Source: Trichomonas gallinae
Lineage: Eukaryota
Length of the DNA stretch: 64,000 nt
Assembly: GCA_008369845.1 (NCBI GenBank)
Contig: MRSU01010797.1
Span: 1-64,000 of the forward strand
Direction: 5' to 3'
Below, one piece after another: positions 32,401 to 42,221 of the stretch. The stretch's first letter is position 1. Every line of letters starts with the position of its first letter. Below the pieces are notes generated by a model that saw only the letters and a program-made list of their open reading frames with translations, was not told the origin of the DNA and did no database searches. The translations under genes were made by a program, and so were the position numbers.

Positions 32401-33081
32401 GACGATAAGAAGCCTGAAGATAATAAGCAACAAGTTCAGGTCAATACAATTCCTAAGGAGGCATCGCCAAAGAGCTCGATCAACTCGCTACCAGTTCCAA
32501 TGGGCATTTCTGCAGCCGATATCGCCAACTCCCGCATCAACCTTCGCAGACAGAAGTCTAGGGAAGAACTTCAGACTCCTCAGCCGAAGGGTAATGACTC
32601 TAAGGATTATATCGACGTCAGAAGCAACTACGTTCCTAAGGGCGAAAAGTTTAATATGCAGGAGTTCTACAATGAGCTTGGCATTGATGTCTCGGGCTTG
32701 AACTTCTTCGAGGCGAACGCGACAAAGATTAAATCGAGCAAGTTCTGGCAGAAGGCCTTCGAAAACAAAGAACTCTTCGAGAAAGTCTCCAAGCTAGAGA
32801 ACTTACTCACAGGCAACGTGCAGCCGCCTGCAGGAATGTCCTTCATCGTCAAGGTATTCGACGACAACTCGAGAACAGTGAGAATCGTCAAGATCAAGAC
32901 AGAGACGACAATCCAGCAGCTTGCGACAGTCGTCGAATCCATCCTCCAAAAGGACGACGCGATCCTAACCGTTGCCGTCGGTAAGGGAAGGACACAGTCG
33001 CTCTCGCCTGATGCGCTCATAGAGGCAATGAGGAGCGTTTACAAAGGAACAACGAGATGTATTACACTTAATGCGATTTAA
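29410..33081 (+). CDS. RhoGEF (DH-PH) plus Kelch-repeat protein with Pro-rich and DKKK low-complexity tail
   Basis: DH motifs EIISTEETYNNDL and VTPVQRYPRYPLLFREL; PH-like IYLFNNLIML; Kelch repeats (YFGG, PRFGHT, FFGG, PRFLHAA, IHGG, VFGG). Confidence 0.92.
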   Translation: MSLCVINGTSPNIVLPADSYADKTCSDILNAVNHPEGLLAYTCPYYTEVLKLQDCPLKMHRDLIIQGELEEYPAPSHHLKIIPESDKDFFWIEVEISCQLKDPLPTMLVSLDTNDFPTMTVQDILLACKSAFGYDFTEEKLSIGDKILEMTEPAEPILQQCRSEHIKLSFIVGDAGKKKIGARGHITAEIISTEETYNNDLKMLLEYWEPAFKNTTAFAEGEVHSMFREVKTIASVHNAFLEDLKKIKPGFIAEMSYVFLKHLQSFTKAKVFVSAFKPMDDMMKKKRMVRSVDKQISEIEANLPVKNGRNFMSYYVTPVQRYPRYPLLFRELDKCTPSFHPEKHYIVMTMQKLNEVNKNIDQLSHKIISIQAMQDIQDTMPSGIIIMDHGREIIEQAVVRIVSNKRTGPGVIYLFNNLIMLAYTKKRINTPLFQLDPTEFRFANCKPALTSIYTSQDGDTYQIDFNDLSEKTTWMDQYHNLVQELYKDFKEEKPVIKWTDVELSETVTERVSHDGCLSTGFVYYFGGTNESRSTTANIIRYNIADSIWNIENTPVPPRESHTISALRGDIYVAFGNNSNKIYGDIWTYNQATRAWTECVPKNAKPSPRFGHTCIVYESKLYFFGGKLNNKSNDKDGITNSVSYFDPHTNEYHDFGVLPNSPPPRFLHAAVLVNKTEMAIIGGNGLQTKYDDVWVLDLTKMTWSKRSKVNVNKRHDCKAAVLGDRWIFIHGGLLPADGNASSDGQDFMIIDGKNWLPVDFAQFGNYPPELSKHSLVTMDSHRMIVFGGTERVTHRSYPSAWILNADDALPKMTKIMPTEVDPYWEKELMQEMMAAAGRPHRSASIDPSIMPRVPPNLQNNKPDPQQLANNSTSTPSLLEDRGPQTVTPGANARHTISGLQATPFATMQPTPLLGLLNKKGSVESPAPKVCPIEIPAPVKRNNTAKTVPISQTNSEPPLPPPPPPAPMTALDKKKLDKKRDDKKKDDKKLDKKKDDKKKDDKKPEDNKQQVQVNTIPKEASPKSSINSLPVPMGISAADIANSRINLRRQKSREELQTPQPKGNDSKDYIDVRSNYVPKGEKFNMQEFYNELGIDVSGLNFFEANATKIKSSKFWQKAFENKELFEKVSKLENLLTGNVQPPAGMSFIVKVFDDNSRTVRIVKIKTETTIQQLATVVESILQKDDAILTVAVGKGRTQSLSPDALIEAMRSVYKGTTRCITLNAI

Positions 33082-33349
33082 ATGAGATGTACAGAAAAAT
33101 AATAGTTTCATCGATATTGACATGTTGATAGCTTTTTGCTTTATAAGTAAAATAATTTATTTATACGATTCATTTTTGAAATTTTTGTTTTTTCTTCTTT
33201 TTTATATTTCTTAGTAGTTTGCAAATTTGTTAAATTCTTTTTGAATATATGAATTATCCACAACAATTATATTCACAAAACTTATTTATAAAATATCAAA
33301 AAAAAAAATATTACTTTATAAAAGTAGTCTACTCTATTGTATAAACATT

Positions 33350-33652
33350 TTACTGTTTTCCGTTTGAATTTTCAGCTGAATTCTTACGATTGCGCTTTGG
33401 TATAACATAAATTTGGCTATCTCTAATTTTAAGTACCTTACCTTTCTTTCCTGAAGCGGCATTAGCAAAACTCTTAGCACTTTCTGATTCTTCGAAGCGT
33501 ACTAATAATGCTCCATCATCCATACGAGTCATTTCCATGATTTGTCCATACTGTATTGCAAGTTCAGCGACCTCTGTTAAAGTGTAGTCCTCAGGGAGGC
33601 GTTTCACGAAAACTGTTTTAGGAAATCCTCCCGATTTATCTTCTGAGGACAT
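33350..33652 (-). CDS. Small single-RRM protein
   Basis: RNP2-like TVFVKRLP, QYGQI, LVRFEESESAKSF; CCTTT (M5-like) about 20 nt upstream. Confidence 0.8.
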   Translation of the reverse strand: MSSEDKSGGFPKTVFVKRLPEDYTLTEVAELAIQYGQIMEMTRMDDGALLVRFEESESAKSFANAASGKKGKVLKIRDSQIYVIPKRNRKNSAENSNGKQ

Positions 33653-33902
33653 TTTAAAATCTTTTTAAAAGGGGGTGACACCAAAAGTGAATTAACCTTA
33701 TTTTGATTTTTTGATTTTCAAATTTTTAGAAGTAGTATATCAACATATTCGAAAAATAGGTGATATGTATCCACATATGTCATTACTCAACTAAGTTCTG
33801 ATTGACTGTGATATAGAACTATTTTAAAATTTGACATTCAACACATTACAAAGTCAGATTATTACGAAAAGTGACGCTTTACATGCCATATATTTCTATT
33901 TA

Positions 33903-34433
33903 ATGAGGAACAATCGTTCGCAGTTTTCGATTGTGCAGGGTCTGACTCCAATACAAAAGAAATACATGCTTCAAATCACAAATGCTATATACGATCTACC
34001 AATTGCCAGCGATTATCGCGTTCCTATCGAATCAAGTGAATTTTTTGAAAAAATTAAGAAGCCAATGGATCTTCCTAAAGTTCTCGATAAGATCAAGAAC
34101 AATGAGTACATATCAGTTGACAAATGGAAAGAAGACATGAACCTGATGTGGAAAAATGCACAAATGATTTACAATGATCAAAGAACTTCAATTCTGAGTT
34201 TAATAGCAACAGAAATCGCAACAGTATTTAAGCAAATGAGCGACGATATTCCAAAAGATGAAATTGAAGAATGGAAATATAAAATCAAACAAGCTCATCA
34301 AGAAATCATGAGGATCGCAGACGCTAAACCAGATGCTGAAAAGAAGCTCGGAATTCAGACTGGAATTATCAAGCTTAACAAACCTAAGCATAAGATTTTA
34401 CTGAGAGCTACTTCACAGACCATAGATAAATAA
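33903..34433 (+). CDS. Bromodomain-containing protein
   Basis: IKKPMDLPKVLDKIKNNEY...WKEDMNLMWKNAQMIYN; first ATG at 33903. Confidence 0.9.
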   Translation: MRNNRSQFSIVQGLTPIQKKYMLQITNAIYDLPIASDYRVPIESSEFFEKIKKPMDLPKVLDKIKNNEYISVDKWKEDMNLMWKNAQMIYNDQRTSILSLIATEIATVFKQMSDDIPKDEIEEWKYKIKQAHQEIMRIADAKPDAEKKLGIQTGIIKLNKPKHKILLRATSQTIDK

Positions 34434-35108
34434 TACTTTGTTTTCATGAACACAAGACTTGTTTTAAAAATAATACTATTCTTAAATCATTTTTTTTTTC
34501 ATTTTTCTTAATATCTTTTGAATTAAATGGTGCTTGTAACATACATTTATATCATATTACACACAAGCTGTATGATCATTATCTGTCAGGTCTCCCAATC
34601 GATCATAACTTTATTATAATAAATTTTGATCAGAAAAGTTCAGTCAGAACCTTGCATGCAAATTCAATATCCTCTGCATGACCGAAAAAACGGTTGTTGG
34701 CATCTACTGACAATTTTTTTTATATTTTTTCTTTAGACCCGGACAAATCGCCCCAAATTTTGCAGGAAATATATAATACCATACTAGGTACTATCTATAG
34801 AATATCTATGGATTTAAACAATTTGTTCTTATTGAGTCAAAATTTTCTTGTTTTCTTTATGTGAGAGCCTCCATTTATGTTGAGAATTGTGCAAAAGACA
34901 GTTCTTCTCCTGATTTTTCAGCAAAAGATAAAAAAATTCTCGTAGTTGGTTTAAATTTCAAACAAATTTCATTTTACAAGCTCAGCAAATTGTATTTGAA
35001 TGCCATGTATGTACAAAACAATGCGTGAGTTATATAATAAAGATTCATATGGTTATAAACAAAACAAAACTCATGATAAATTTTTATTACAAAAAAAAAT
35101 ATAAAAGA

Positions 35109-36005
35109 TTATTCTGCTTGGATGGATGACTCAGAAACTACTTTCTCCAGTTGTGAGCAGCTTGATTTCTGCTGAACTGCTGGTTTTTTAATTAATTTTA
35201 CTAATGCATAAATAAACGCTGCTATAAGAAACAGAGGTGATAACGATCCAAATATAGGCAGCGAAAGACTCTTTTTCGTTTGATTTTGTGCTTCATAATT
35301 TACCTTTTGTGGTAATGAAAGATGCTCATTCGCGTATGATTTTCCACCTTTAGAGAAGAAGTAGAGGTGAACTCCTTTAGGCTTTAATTCGTTGTAATTA
35401 GATTGTGTTTTTGCAGTTTTCAATCGAAAGAGCCAAGGCTGACGATTTATTGGTGATGTATATTCTGTGGTTTCTCCGATCATTATGAAATGACTGCCAC
35501 TGAGCGAAGTTTTATACGCAATTAAATTATCGTTGCCTAAATTTGTTTCATTTACAGTAAAATATGTAGAGTCAGATGCAGAGGCAAAGAAAATGCATGT
35601 ATCTGTTTCAGGTTTCGAAGGATAAAATTTGTCTGTTTGTAAACTTGTGACTACATCAATTCCCGATGCACATTGTTCATCAGTAAACTCTGTGGATGCT
35701 ATACTGACACATCCAGATGATACAAAATTAAATTGAAGCTTGGCAGTAGAATTTGGGAAAATAAATGCGTTTTCTGTTGATGGGTCAATGATTTCGCCTT
35801 CATCGAGTAAATTCTTATATACATAGCAGAAAACATTCTCCGAAAGACCAACAATCGTCATCAGAAATTTTGCTGATCCGACTGGAGTGAAAAATTCAAC
35901 GATTTCGCCTTCTATGGAGCTGCAGTATGTTGTAAGCGCGTTTGTGTTCGGCAATGACAATGTTTTGTCTGCTGCGATAACGCTCGCGAACAAAAACAAA
36001 ATCAT
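35109..36005 (-). CDS. Hypothetical type I membrane (surface) protein
   Basis: Signal-like MILFLFASVIA, a single C-terminal TM (LSPLFLIAAFIYALV) followed by KLIKK and a short tail. Confidence 0.8.
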   Translation of the reverse strand: MILFLFASVIAADKTLSLPNTNALTTYCSSIEGEIVEFFTPVGSAKFLMTIVGLSENVFCYVYKNLLDEGEIIDPSTENAFIFPNSTAKLQFNFVSSGCVSIASTEFTDEQCASGIDVVTSLQTDKFYPSKPETDTCIFFASASDSTYFTVNETNLGNDNLIAYKTSLSGSHFIMIGETTEYTSPINRQPWLFRLKTAKTQSNYNELKPKGVHLYFFSKGGKSYANEHLSLPQKVNYEAQNQTKKSLSLPIFGSLSPLFLIAAFIYALVKLIKKPAVQQKSSCSQLEKVVSESSIQAE

Positions 36006-36478
36006 TTATTTGCAAAATTTCAAAAATTCATATATAATATGAACCACAACTGTCAATTAACTTGAAAACAACTAAAATAATTTCGGTTATAGTCCGTAAC
36101 TTTACATGTCAAAAATTTTGTACAACGGTTATATTCTCAATTTGAAATTTATGACAAATAAATAATTTACATGTCATATATACAAATCTATTTTTTCTAT
36201 TTGTGCTTATTATATACATTGTACATATCACATTTATCTCAATGAGAAGTTGATAACTATTTAAAAAACACTTTTTCCATGATTATAAATATTCTTTTTC
36301 TTCATTTCTATAATCCCAAATATCACGCGCATGATTTTCTGACACTCTATTGTATTTTTTGACATTCGAATTGCAGCAAAAAATAAAAATAATTTTTTTT
36401 CTTCAGATGAATAACTTACTCAGTTCGATTATGGATAAAAATGTTGGAGAATTTGCATAAAAAAACAAACATATATAT

Positions 36479-39400
36479 TTAATGAGTTGGTGGCTTAATG
36501 ATTGGTATTCTTGTGATTTTCATTGCGCCATCAAACGACAAAAATTCTTTCCGCGGAGTTTTTCTTGGCGATGAGCTGCCCCAGAACGGCTTCATTATCA
36601 CTTTATTTCTCGCTCTTGCTGTGAGTGGGGGCACTTTCTTTCTGTGCTTTCTCTCTTTGATTATCTGCTTGACTTCTTCGTCAGCATTGTCTTGAACATA
36701 TGAAACAACGGATTTAGGCAAAATGACATTTGGATTCTCGTTCATCACTTTCTCGATTTCTTCCTTCTTCTGTAGCAAGATCGATCTGATCTGCAACATG
36801 ATTGGGGATGCATCAGGAGCTGGCTCATTTTCTACGATGCTCATCCAGAATGGCTTGTAATTCGTTGAAGCAGGTTTCTCGATGACTTCCACAGGCTTGT
36901 TCATCTCCAGAAGGGGATTGTCCTCGAGAACGGGCTTAGGACATGATAAGTATGAGTGTCTTCTTCTCGGTCTGACACTTTGAGGTTGTTGAGGCATATC
37001 TGTAACAGTTTCATTTTCAGAAGATTCGCTAACGGAATAAAGCTTCGGTGATGCTTTTGGATGTGGAAGAATCAAAGGAGGCGGCCGCATCTTTTCGTGA
37101 GGGTTATCATTCAAATGCTTTGCAGAAAGTGGAGAAACAACTTCTTGTCCACCAATTGCTTCATTGTAATATTCATTGATTTCCTCCTCTTCTTCCTCTT
37201 GTGCAGCGTTGTATTCTTGTATCTGATTAAGAGCGAATGACGCTGACTGTCTGATTCCATGTGATTTAGTTGGCGATGTCATGACTAATACTTCAGGAGC
37301 AGGAAGCAAAGTCGAATTTCTTCTAGAAATTCTCCTGGGAGAAGAGCTTTTTGGCATTGAAGGTGGAAAAGGTCCATCAGTGAATAGCTTAGACATCTCG
37401 AGATCTGATGGATTGAGAATTCCGCTTTGAAGCAGTTTGTCAACTAATGGCTTTAGTTCATCCCAGCCTTTGCCGTATTCAGCGAGAACTGCCATTGGAT
37501 CGATAACAATGTTTGGCGGCGGCATCACGAAAGTTCTTTTTCTCTCGCCACGATTGCAGTCGTATTTAGGATTGAATCTTCTATTAGACATCAGTGAGTT
37601 TCCCCATCTGATTGGTGGAGGCGTTGGTGCTCTCTTGCTCAGATATTCTGGCTGCTCGCTGACTCCAAGTAAATGCGCCATTTGTGGATCAATGTCTCTC
37701 ATCTTCTTCTTAGGTTTATTCCCCTGAACTGGTGAAGCTAGATCGAACTGAGTATTGCTTTCTGGTGCTCGAGCACTGAGTGGTGGACTAAGAGGAACAT
37801 TGAGTGAATGTCTATGACCACCTCCTCCTCTATTAGTTCTTGGCCTAATAATTTTGCTAGCATTACTATAACTGTCTGACAAAGGATTGTTATTTCTATT
37901 ATTTGATTCATTATTTGGTTGATCTGGCTGGGTGATTTCTGGATTATTTCTACGATTATGGATTCTTCGCCTTGGAAGTAAATTATCATTGTTTGTGAAA
38001 GAAGTTGGCGAATTATCAGAAAACTCAGATGGTGAGCTTTGTGATGGTGTATATTCATTGTAATTTTCTTGATTTTCCGAATTTTGAGGAGAACTGATTT
38101 CTGTTGGTGAGACTTCATTGTATTCTTCTTCATTTTCTTCATCTTCACTGTAATCTTGTGAATATCTTTGATCTGTTTTATCTTCAGAGATCACGTCATT
38201 ATTCTCCACAACATTTTCATTTTCATCATTGCTGGATGAGTTTTGATTTGCATTTTGTTGCTGTTCATTCTTGTTTTCTTCATTGCTTGAAGAATTTTGA
38301 TTTGCAGAAGTTTTTAAAGGAATCTTAGGAACTCTATGATGTTTCGATTGAGATTTTGTTGCTCCTGAATTATTATTACTATTATTATTATTATTTGATG
38401 CTCTTAAACTCTTCCTTGGTGATGGAGAAACTTGATCATTCACCTTCTTTGCAGGCGATGTAACTTTTTTGCTTGCTTCTGATCTTCTGCTTTTAACAGA
38501 GCCAGCTTCGCTATTATTTGTATTATTATTCACTTCTTTTTGTTCTGTTTCTTCTTTGTTGTTGATATTTGTATCTGGACTTGTTTCTCGTTTGCTTGGA
38601 GAGTTTGTTGTCAGCGGAGAATCAGTTTTTTTTGACATAGAGTGTCTCTTTTTGTTACGTGGACTTGATGGAATTTCTTCTTTTGGAGCTGATGGTTTGC
38701 TTTTTGATGAAGACGAAGATGATTTTGGTTCTTCAACTGGAATCTTTTTAACCAAATTGATTTCAATTTTCACTTCACGCTTCGCTGGCTTCACGTAATC
38801 TTTGAATTCATCATCATCATCAGATCTACCTTCATTTAAATCTAAATTTAGATCAATTTCTTCCTGTTTTTCTTCTTCTTCTTTAACTTGCTCTGCTTTT
38901 TTCAGTGATTTTCTTGCTTTTCTTCTTCTGTTTCTGTTTTCCATTTCTTCGACTTTCGCGAATCCTTGGTTCATCAAATCTGTTGCACTTAATTCAGGTT
39001 TCTTCTTTTTCTTTGGCTTCTTTTTCTGTTCCTCTTCTTGATTTTGTTGCTCTTTTTGTTGCTTTTCTTCTTCAAGCTGTTTTTCGAGTTTTTCTTGTTC
39101 TTCTTTCTTCCTCCTTTCTTCTTCGCGTCTTTCTCTCATAGCAACTAATTCTGGGTCAACATTAGTCATTGCAGTCATTTCATCTATCAATCTTCTTTTT
39201 TCTTCATCGTCAACATCAGTTTCTTTTTGTTCTGAGTTTTCTGTCTTATTTGCAGACGATGATGATGGATTGCCAGTGATTTCTGACGTGGCTTGCTTGT
39301 ACGATTTTATCCTTTGCATTGCTTTTCTGTTTTCTTTTTCGATTTTCATTTCGATTTGTTTGAGTAAATCCGGCTTTTCTTCTTTCGGCTTCGGCTGAGG

Positions 39401-41488
39401 AGTTTCTTCCTCTTCATCGTCATCATATGGTATAATAGAAACTGTTGTACTCAGCGCGTCTTTGATTTTGTCGAAGTTGTCGATTTCTGGAATTTCTACA
39501 TCGACTTCTCCTTCGCCGAAAATCAAAGAACCTTGAATGATCATTATCTCGTTGTCAGTTGCAAGCAGCAAGTCGCGCTTTCCATTCAGGAACTCGCATG
39601 AATATATTGGAATGGGTAGCTCTATTTTAACAAGCGCGGAATACCTGTAGTCCCAGATCTGCACAGTTTTATCCATCGAACAAGTTGCCCAGAAGCTCTG
39701 CCCGAATGAGAAGCCAGTAATTGCGTCTGTGTGCGGCCTCAAGTTTTCTTCCTGAGGGACAAGGCAGCGATTTTTGATGATCACGCGTCCAATACTTCCA
39801 TTTTTGTGCCCAAAGAGTAGTTCGTTGCCGTGAAGATAAGAAACTTGCGAAGTTGCTGTTTTCACGTTATAAATGATTGCAGCGCGTGCGAAATCGTATA
39901 AAACAACTTCATTTTGGAAAATAACAATGCCACATTCGGATTCGGCGTGAAAATGGAAACCAATGATTGATTCATTAGAAATTCTAAACCGTTTCACTTG
40001 TTTGAGTGTGTCATAGTCATAAAGGAATATATCAGATTCCTTTCCAACTAATGCATAGTTCCATTGTCCATCATATTTCGCAAATTTCATCGCATTGCAG
40101 CGAATCTGCATAGAAAAGATCTCATTAGCTGGCTGAACACTAGTGTCGAAGCCTACAATATCGCCATTATCAAGTATAGTGAATAACTGATCATGGGCAG
40201 AAGATTCGCGAATTTTGTTAAAAATATACTCGGTGATGTTTTTCTCTTCGTTGTACTTAGTGGACAGTAGTAAACCTCTGTCGTACAAATAGCCAACAGA
40301 GGGGCTCGAGGACTTTTGTGTTGCCGCAGTGATTAAGTCTCCATTTTGCGTGGCGAAGAGTTTAATGAAAGAATTGTTAGTGAAAACAATAATTCTCGCT
40401 GCATCGTTTAATCTTGGGCATCTTGATATTTCACGCACATCACGGAGTCCTAGGACCCATGCTGACCAGGGTATCTCGATTCTTAGCATATTGAACGAAA
40501 GATCTTGGCAATAAACGATTTTTATGCCGCTGACTGTTTTCAAAATGAAAACTTTTGACGGAAGCTTGTCCATCATGTAGCATGGGAAGAATCTCTCCGT
40601 GTAGATGTTCAATAGATAAAAAATACCTCTGGAATCCATGAAAATCACATTTTGCGCATCTAAATATTCAATCATTAAGATATCTGAGCTCGTCGATACA
40701 ATCCTCTTCTTGAGCTTTCCTTGTGTTCCCCATATACACATGCCGTTTTCCGTATCAGAAGTTAAATAATTTTTTCTAATTTTGTATTCGCCTGATACTA
40801 GTTTCTTTTTGGATCTCTCAGACCACATAGTATAGACTGATGTACGCAATGTTGTGCCTGGCAAAGTGTTATTCGTTTCATTTATCGCTGAAGGATATAA
40901 ACTAACAGGAGAATGACAATTTCCATCTAAATCAAAAGGACGCAAACCTGTTGGTGTTGGTAATAAAATATACTCGTTTACATAGTCAAATGTTGGAGGA
41001 TTTAAAATTTGCGTTTGATAATTTGGTGCAAATGATGAACGGAGTGTTAAATTTAGGTGAGGTGGTATAGATGATTTGCGATTACTCCATTTATCTGACG
41101 AAAGAGTCCAAACTTTGATTCCGTTTCCAACTGTTAAAATTGCGTGAGATTTTGGCGAATAAACCATGTGAAACACACCAACATGCTTTGAATCGATGCC
41201 TGATAGAAGTAATTTTACGCTTTCTGTATTATTTATTTGAAATGCGATAAATTGATTTGTATGCTGTGTTAATCCAACAATTATTTCGAGCTCTTCGATA
41301 AACACGCTTGTACTACATTTGTATGGATATCTCGATTTTATATCTCGTCCTTCAAAAACAATGAATTCTTTTTGAGTTGTCGCTAAAAAACGATCTCGAC
41401 CTATCAGGCATATATTATGCGTCCTTATTCGGCCGAAACTCGGTGTTGGCTCTTCGAAAATCCCAAATTGGATTTTCGAAAGATTCAT
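36479..41488 (-). CDS. Large WD40-repeat protein with long E/K/S/N-rich disordered C-terminal half (possibly WDR87/WDR97-like)
   Basis: WD repeat HTDAITGFSF...ATCSMDKTVQIWD followed by FLNGKRDLLL; about 1000 aa of low-complexity sequence. First ATG at 41488. Confidence 0.82.
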   Translation of the reverse strand: MNLSKIQFGIFEEPTPSFGRIRTHNICLIGRDRFLATTQKEFIVFEGRDIKSRYPYKCSTSVFIEELEIIVGLTQHTNQFIAFQINNTESVKLLLSGIDSKHVGVFHMVYSPKSHAILTVGNGIKVWTLSSDKWSNRKSSIPPHLNLTLRSSFAPNYQTQILNPPTFDYVNEYILLPTPTGLRPFDLDGNCHSPVSLYPSAINETNNTLPGTTLRTSVYTMWSERSKKKLVSGEYKIRKNYLTSDTENGMCIWGTQGKLKKRIVSTSSDILMIEYLDAQNVIFMDSRGIFYLLNIYTERFFPCYMMDKLPSKVFILKTVSGIKIVYCQDLSFNMLRIEIPWSAWVLGLRDVREISRCPRLNDAARIIVFTNNSFIKLFATQNGDLITAATQKSSSPSVGYLYDRGLLLSTKYNEEKNITEYIFNKIRESSAHDQLFTILDNGDIVGFDTSVQPANEIFSMQIRCNAMKFAKYDGQWNYALVGKESDIFLYDYDTLKQVKRFRISNESIIGFHFHAESECGIVIFQNEVVLYDFARAAIIYNVKTATSQVSYLHGNELLFGHKNGSIGRVIIKNRCLVPQEENLRPHTDAITGFSFGQSFWATCSMDKTVQIWDYRYSALVKIELPIPIYSCEFLNGKRDLLLATDNEIMIIQGSLIFGEGEVDVEIPEIDNFDKIKDALSTTVSIIPYDDDEEEETPQPKPKEEKPDLLKQIEMKIEKENRKAMQRIKSYKQATSEITGNPSSSSANKTENSEQKETDVDDEEKRRLIDEMTAMTNVDPELVAMRERREEERRKKEEQEKLEKQLEEEKQQKEQQNQEEEQKKKPKKKKKPELSATDLMNQGFAKVEEMENRNRRRKARKSLKKAEQVKEEEEKQEEIDLNLDLNEGRSDDDDEFKDYVKPAKREVKIEINLVKKIPVEEPKSSSSSSKSKPSAPKEEIPSSPRNKKRHSMSKKTDSPLTTNSPSKRETSPDTNINNKEETEQKEVNNNTNNSEAGSVKSRRSEASKKVTSPAKKVNDQVSPSPRKSLRASNNNNNSNNNSGATKSQSKHHRVPKIPLKTSANQNSSSNEENKNEQQQNANQNSSSNDENENVVENNDVISEDKTDQRYSQDYSEDEENEEEYNEVSPTEISSPQNSENQENYNEYTPSQSSPSEFSDNSPTSFTNNDNLLPRRRIHNRRNNPEITQPDQPNNESNNRNNNPLSDSYSNASKIIRPRTNRGGGGHRHSLNVPLSPPLSARAPESNTQFDLASPVQGNKPKKKMRDIDPQMAHLLGVSEQPEYLSKRAPTPPPIRWGNSLMSNRRFNPKYDCNRGERKRTFVMPPPNIVIDPMAVLAEYGKGWDELKPLVDKLLQSGILNPSDLEMSKLFTDGPFPPSMPKSSSPRRISRRNSTLLPAPEVLVMTSPTKSHGIRQSASFALNQIQEYNAAQEEEEEEINEYYNEAIGGQEVVSPLSAKHLNDNPHEKMRPPPLILPHPKASPKLYSVSESSENETVTDMPQQPQSVRPRRRHSYLSCPKPVLEDNPLLEMNKPVEVIEKPASTNYKPFWMSIVENEPAPDASPIMLQIRSILLQKKEEIEKVMNENPNVILPKSVVSYVQDNADEEVKQIIKERKHRKKVPPLTARARNKVIMKPFWGSSSPRKTPRKEFLSFDGAMKITRIPIIKPPTH

Positions 41489-41896
41489 TTTCGTTGAAAA
41501 AAAAACTATAAAATGCAAAATTTGCTAAATATATTTATTTTACTAGTAAATATATATGTATACGTTTACTTCTCAATTTATTTTTTATTTTTGATGTTTT
41601 ATGGATAAAAATTATGACACTGCACAACCAATACATGCTATATTCAGATTTAGGAACGTTCAAATGCATCAAATTTATTTAATTCAAATTTTCTGCTTTT
41701 TATATCATGCATTTTGCGATTCGTAAATGCTAATTGGCCCGAATCTTTTTCAAATATGAATTATTGTTCAATATGATATTTTTAAAATTTTGAAATTGTC
41801 GAATTATCCTTACATTACAAGACATATATAAAGATATATGTATATAGCTAAATTTTCTTTAATACAAATTGACCTATAATATATGTGAAAATCAAT

Positions 41897-42010
41897 CTCG
41901 ATTCCTAATTGTTTAATTCCTTAGATATCTTATATATATCATCTCCAACTTGTATATATAATTCATGCATAGTTTAACACAATTTCTATGAGTCCTTAGA
42001 AGTTTCCATA
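41897..42010. repeat. Dispersed ~115-bp repeat, copy 2
   Basis: Aligns to 26398-26513 in the same orientation. Confidence 0.75.
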
Positions 42011-42221
42011 CCTTTTTACTTTTTATAAATTTTTAATATTTTTAATATTATAGAAATGAAAGCCTAAGAGATAAATAACCAAATTGTTTTATTTTAATTT
42101 CATAAATAACAATTTAGTTGAAAATCAAATATTATTATATGAGCTCTATTCTTTATTAATTTATTATAAAGGTTTTGCAGAAATTTCCATTAAGTATATT
42201 ATAATACATCACTAATAATTT

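Noticed and set aside
32318..32415. GAYAAGAAG-type nucleotide repeat
   Set aside because: It is fully explained by the coding DKKK low-complexity tract of the RhoGEF-Kelch protein.
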